DNA of 8,025 bases from Amoeboradix gromovi X-113 (lineage: Eukaryota; Fungi; Sanchytriomycota). Location: NCBI GenBank assembly GCA_018985225.1, contig JADGIF010000472.1, forward strand, positions 1 to 8,025, written 5' to 3'. Both the position numbers and the translations under genes were made by a program. A model generated the notes under the pieces. The model was not told where the DNA came from and made no database searches. It saw only the letters and a list, made by a program, of their open reading frames with translations. Below are positions 7,235 through 8,025 of the stretch, piece after piece; within the stretch, counting starts at the first letter, position 1; each line of letters starts with the position of its first letter.

Positions 7235-7795
7235 TTAAGATCTCTGTGCTTGTCTACTAGCGCTAACTTCAGCCTCGATGCTGCGCTCGGTATGGTGATC
7301 AGAGTCTTGGGTACCTTTTTCTTTGGAGAGAATATGTTGATGCTGTTCAAATTGATTGACTTCTTTCTTTGAAAGCTGTTTTTCCATCTTCTTAACAGGT
7401 GATGCCTGTTTATGACTATCCTGCTTCTGCACTGACGGTTTTTGCTCTGTTACTTTTTGTTGCTTTGGACTTCCAGATTGTTTCTCAGTATTTTCAGATT
7501 TTTTCATCTTGCGATCTTGAGCGTTAGCGTTCTTCTGCTCTGCTGGTTTTTTCTGATTGTGATCTGAAGTCTTTTGGTCTTTATGAGGTGTTGAAATCTT
7601 GTTTTCTGCAGCTTTCTGCTGTTTCTGAGGTGATGCAGCTTTTTGATTTACATTTTCTTGCTTTTGATTAGCATTCTTAGGTAAAGAAGTTTTTTGCTGT
7701 TGGTTTTGGCCTTGCTTGTGCTTGACGCTTTCAGAATCGTGTTTTCTTTCTCCTTGTGCTTGTCTTTCTTCGCTTGATACTCTGTTCTTTCCCAT
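7235..7795 (-). CDS. Q/K/S/N-rich hydrophilic low-complexity protein
   Basis: 186-aa open frame with an ATG start, an upstream TATA box and strongly biased composition. Internal QQK..EQK/ENK repeats and S/T-P-x-K motifs (SPQK, TPHK, SPVK). Confidence 0.75.
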   Translation of the reverse strand: MGKNRVSSEERQAQGERKHDSESVKHKQGQNQQQKTSLPKNANQKQENVNQKAASPQKQQKAAENKISTPHKDQKTSDHNQKKPAEQKNANAQDRKMKKSENTEKQSGSPKQQKVTEQKPSVQKQDSHKQASPVKKMEKQLSKKEVNQFEQHQHILSKEKGTQDSDHHTERSIEAEVSASRQAQRS

Positions 7796-7865
7796 TTAGT
7801 AGCACAAACTTGCGCTACTTTTTATAGCGGGAAACCTCATCTGTCAGGCTCTTTTATTGATCGAG
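7725..7865 (-). repeat. Source copy (copy 2) of the ~140 bp duplication: promoter plus 5' CDS
   Basis: Aligns with 6996-7133 and retains the ATG at 7795-7793. Confidence 0.92.
7813..7829 (-). promoter_or_regulatory. TATA box (TATAAAAAG) embedded in a CGCTA/TAGCG inverted repeat
   Basis: The minus strand reads CGCTATAAAAAGTAGCG, with TATAAAAAG at 7826-7818, about 23 nt upstream of the ATG. It is identical in the duplicate at 7081-7097. Confidence 0.55.
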
Positions 7866-8025
7866 CAATATTGTATGGCTTAGTGGGACAATTTTTAGAC
7901 CAATCATTCTATGTTCAAAAAAAGAATTTACAAATGTAACATCAAACATAAAAACTGGACTAACTTTCTGTAACAACTTGAACATTATTTCAGCTTTCTT
8001 AATTTATGGATTTAAGAGGCGAGTG

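Noticed and set aside
1-8025. Self-targets for the putative guides within the window
   Set aside because: Only short partial matches were seen (e.g. AATTGCA at 647-653); no convincing 15-20 nt match was found by eye.

Overview
AT-rich, gene-dense DNA with intronless ORFs that looks eukaryotic. The Thg1 carries the eukaryote-type HVNNLY motif, and an early-diverging fungus or protist is plausible but not provable from this window. Intact genes: a multi-pass membrane protein (1450-2190 +), tRNA(His) guanylyltransferase THG1 (3035-3796 +), a 7TM GPCR-like protein (5696-6691 +) and a Q/K-rich disordered protein (7235-7795 -). The main result is two highly divergent, decayed Fanzor1-type loci (eukaryotic TnpB-derived RNA-guided nucleases) in divergent orientation. 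Locus A (~259-985, -) has lost RuvC-I and the bridge helix by internal deletion. Locus B (~4274-5477, +) is frameshifted but still shows all three RuvC catalytic acidic residues. Each ends in a ~130-145 nt structured segment with the hallmarks of an omegaRNA scaffold, including a putative 5-bp pseudoknot that differs by a compensatory change between the loci (CCTAG/CTAGG vs CCAAG/CTTGG). Also present: a probable protein-kinase C-lobe relic, another possible decayed ORF, and a ~140 bp duplication of the promoter and 5' end of the Q/K-rich gene. All translations, alignments and RNA pairings were done by eye; no database search was run.
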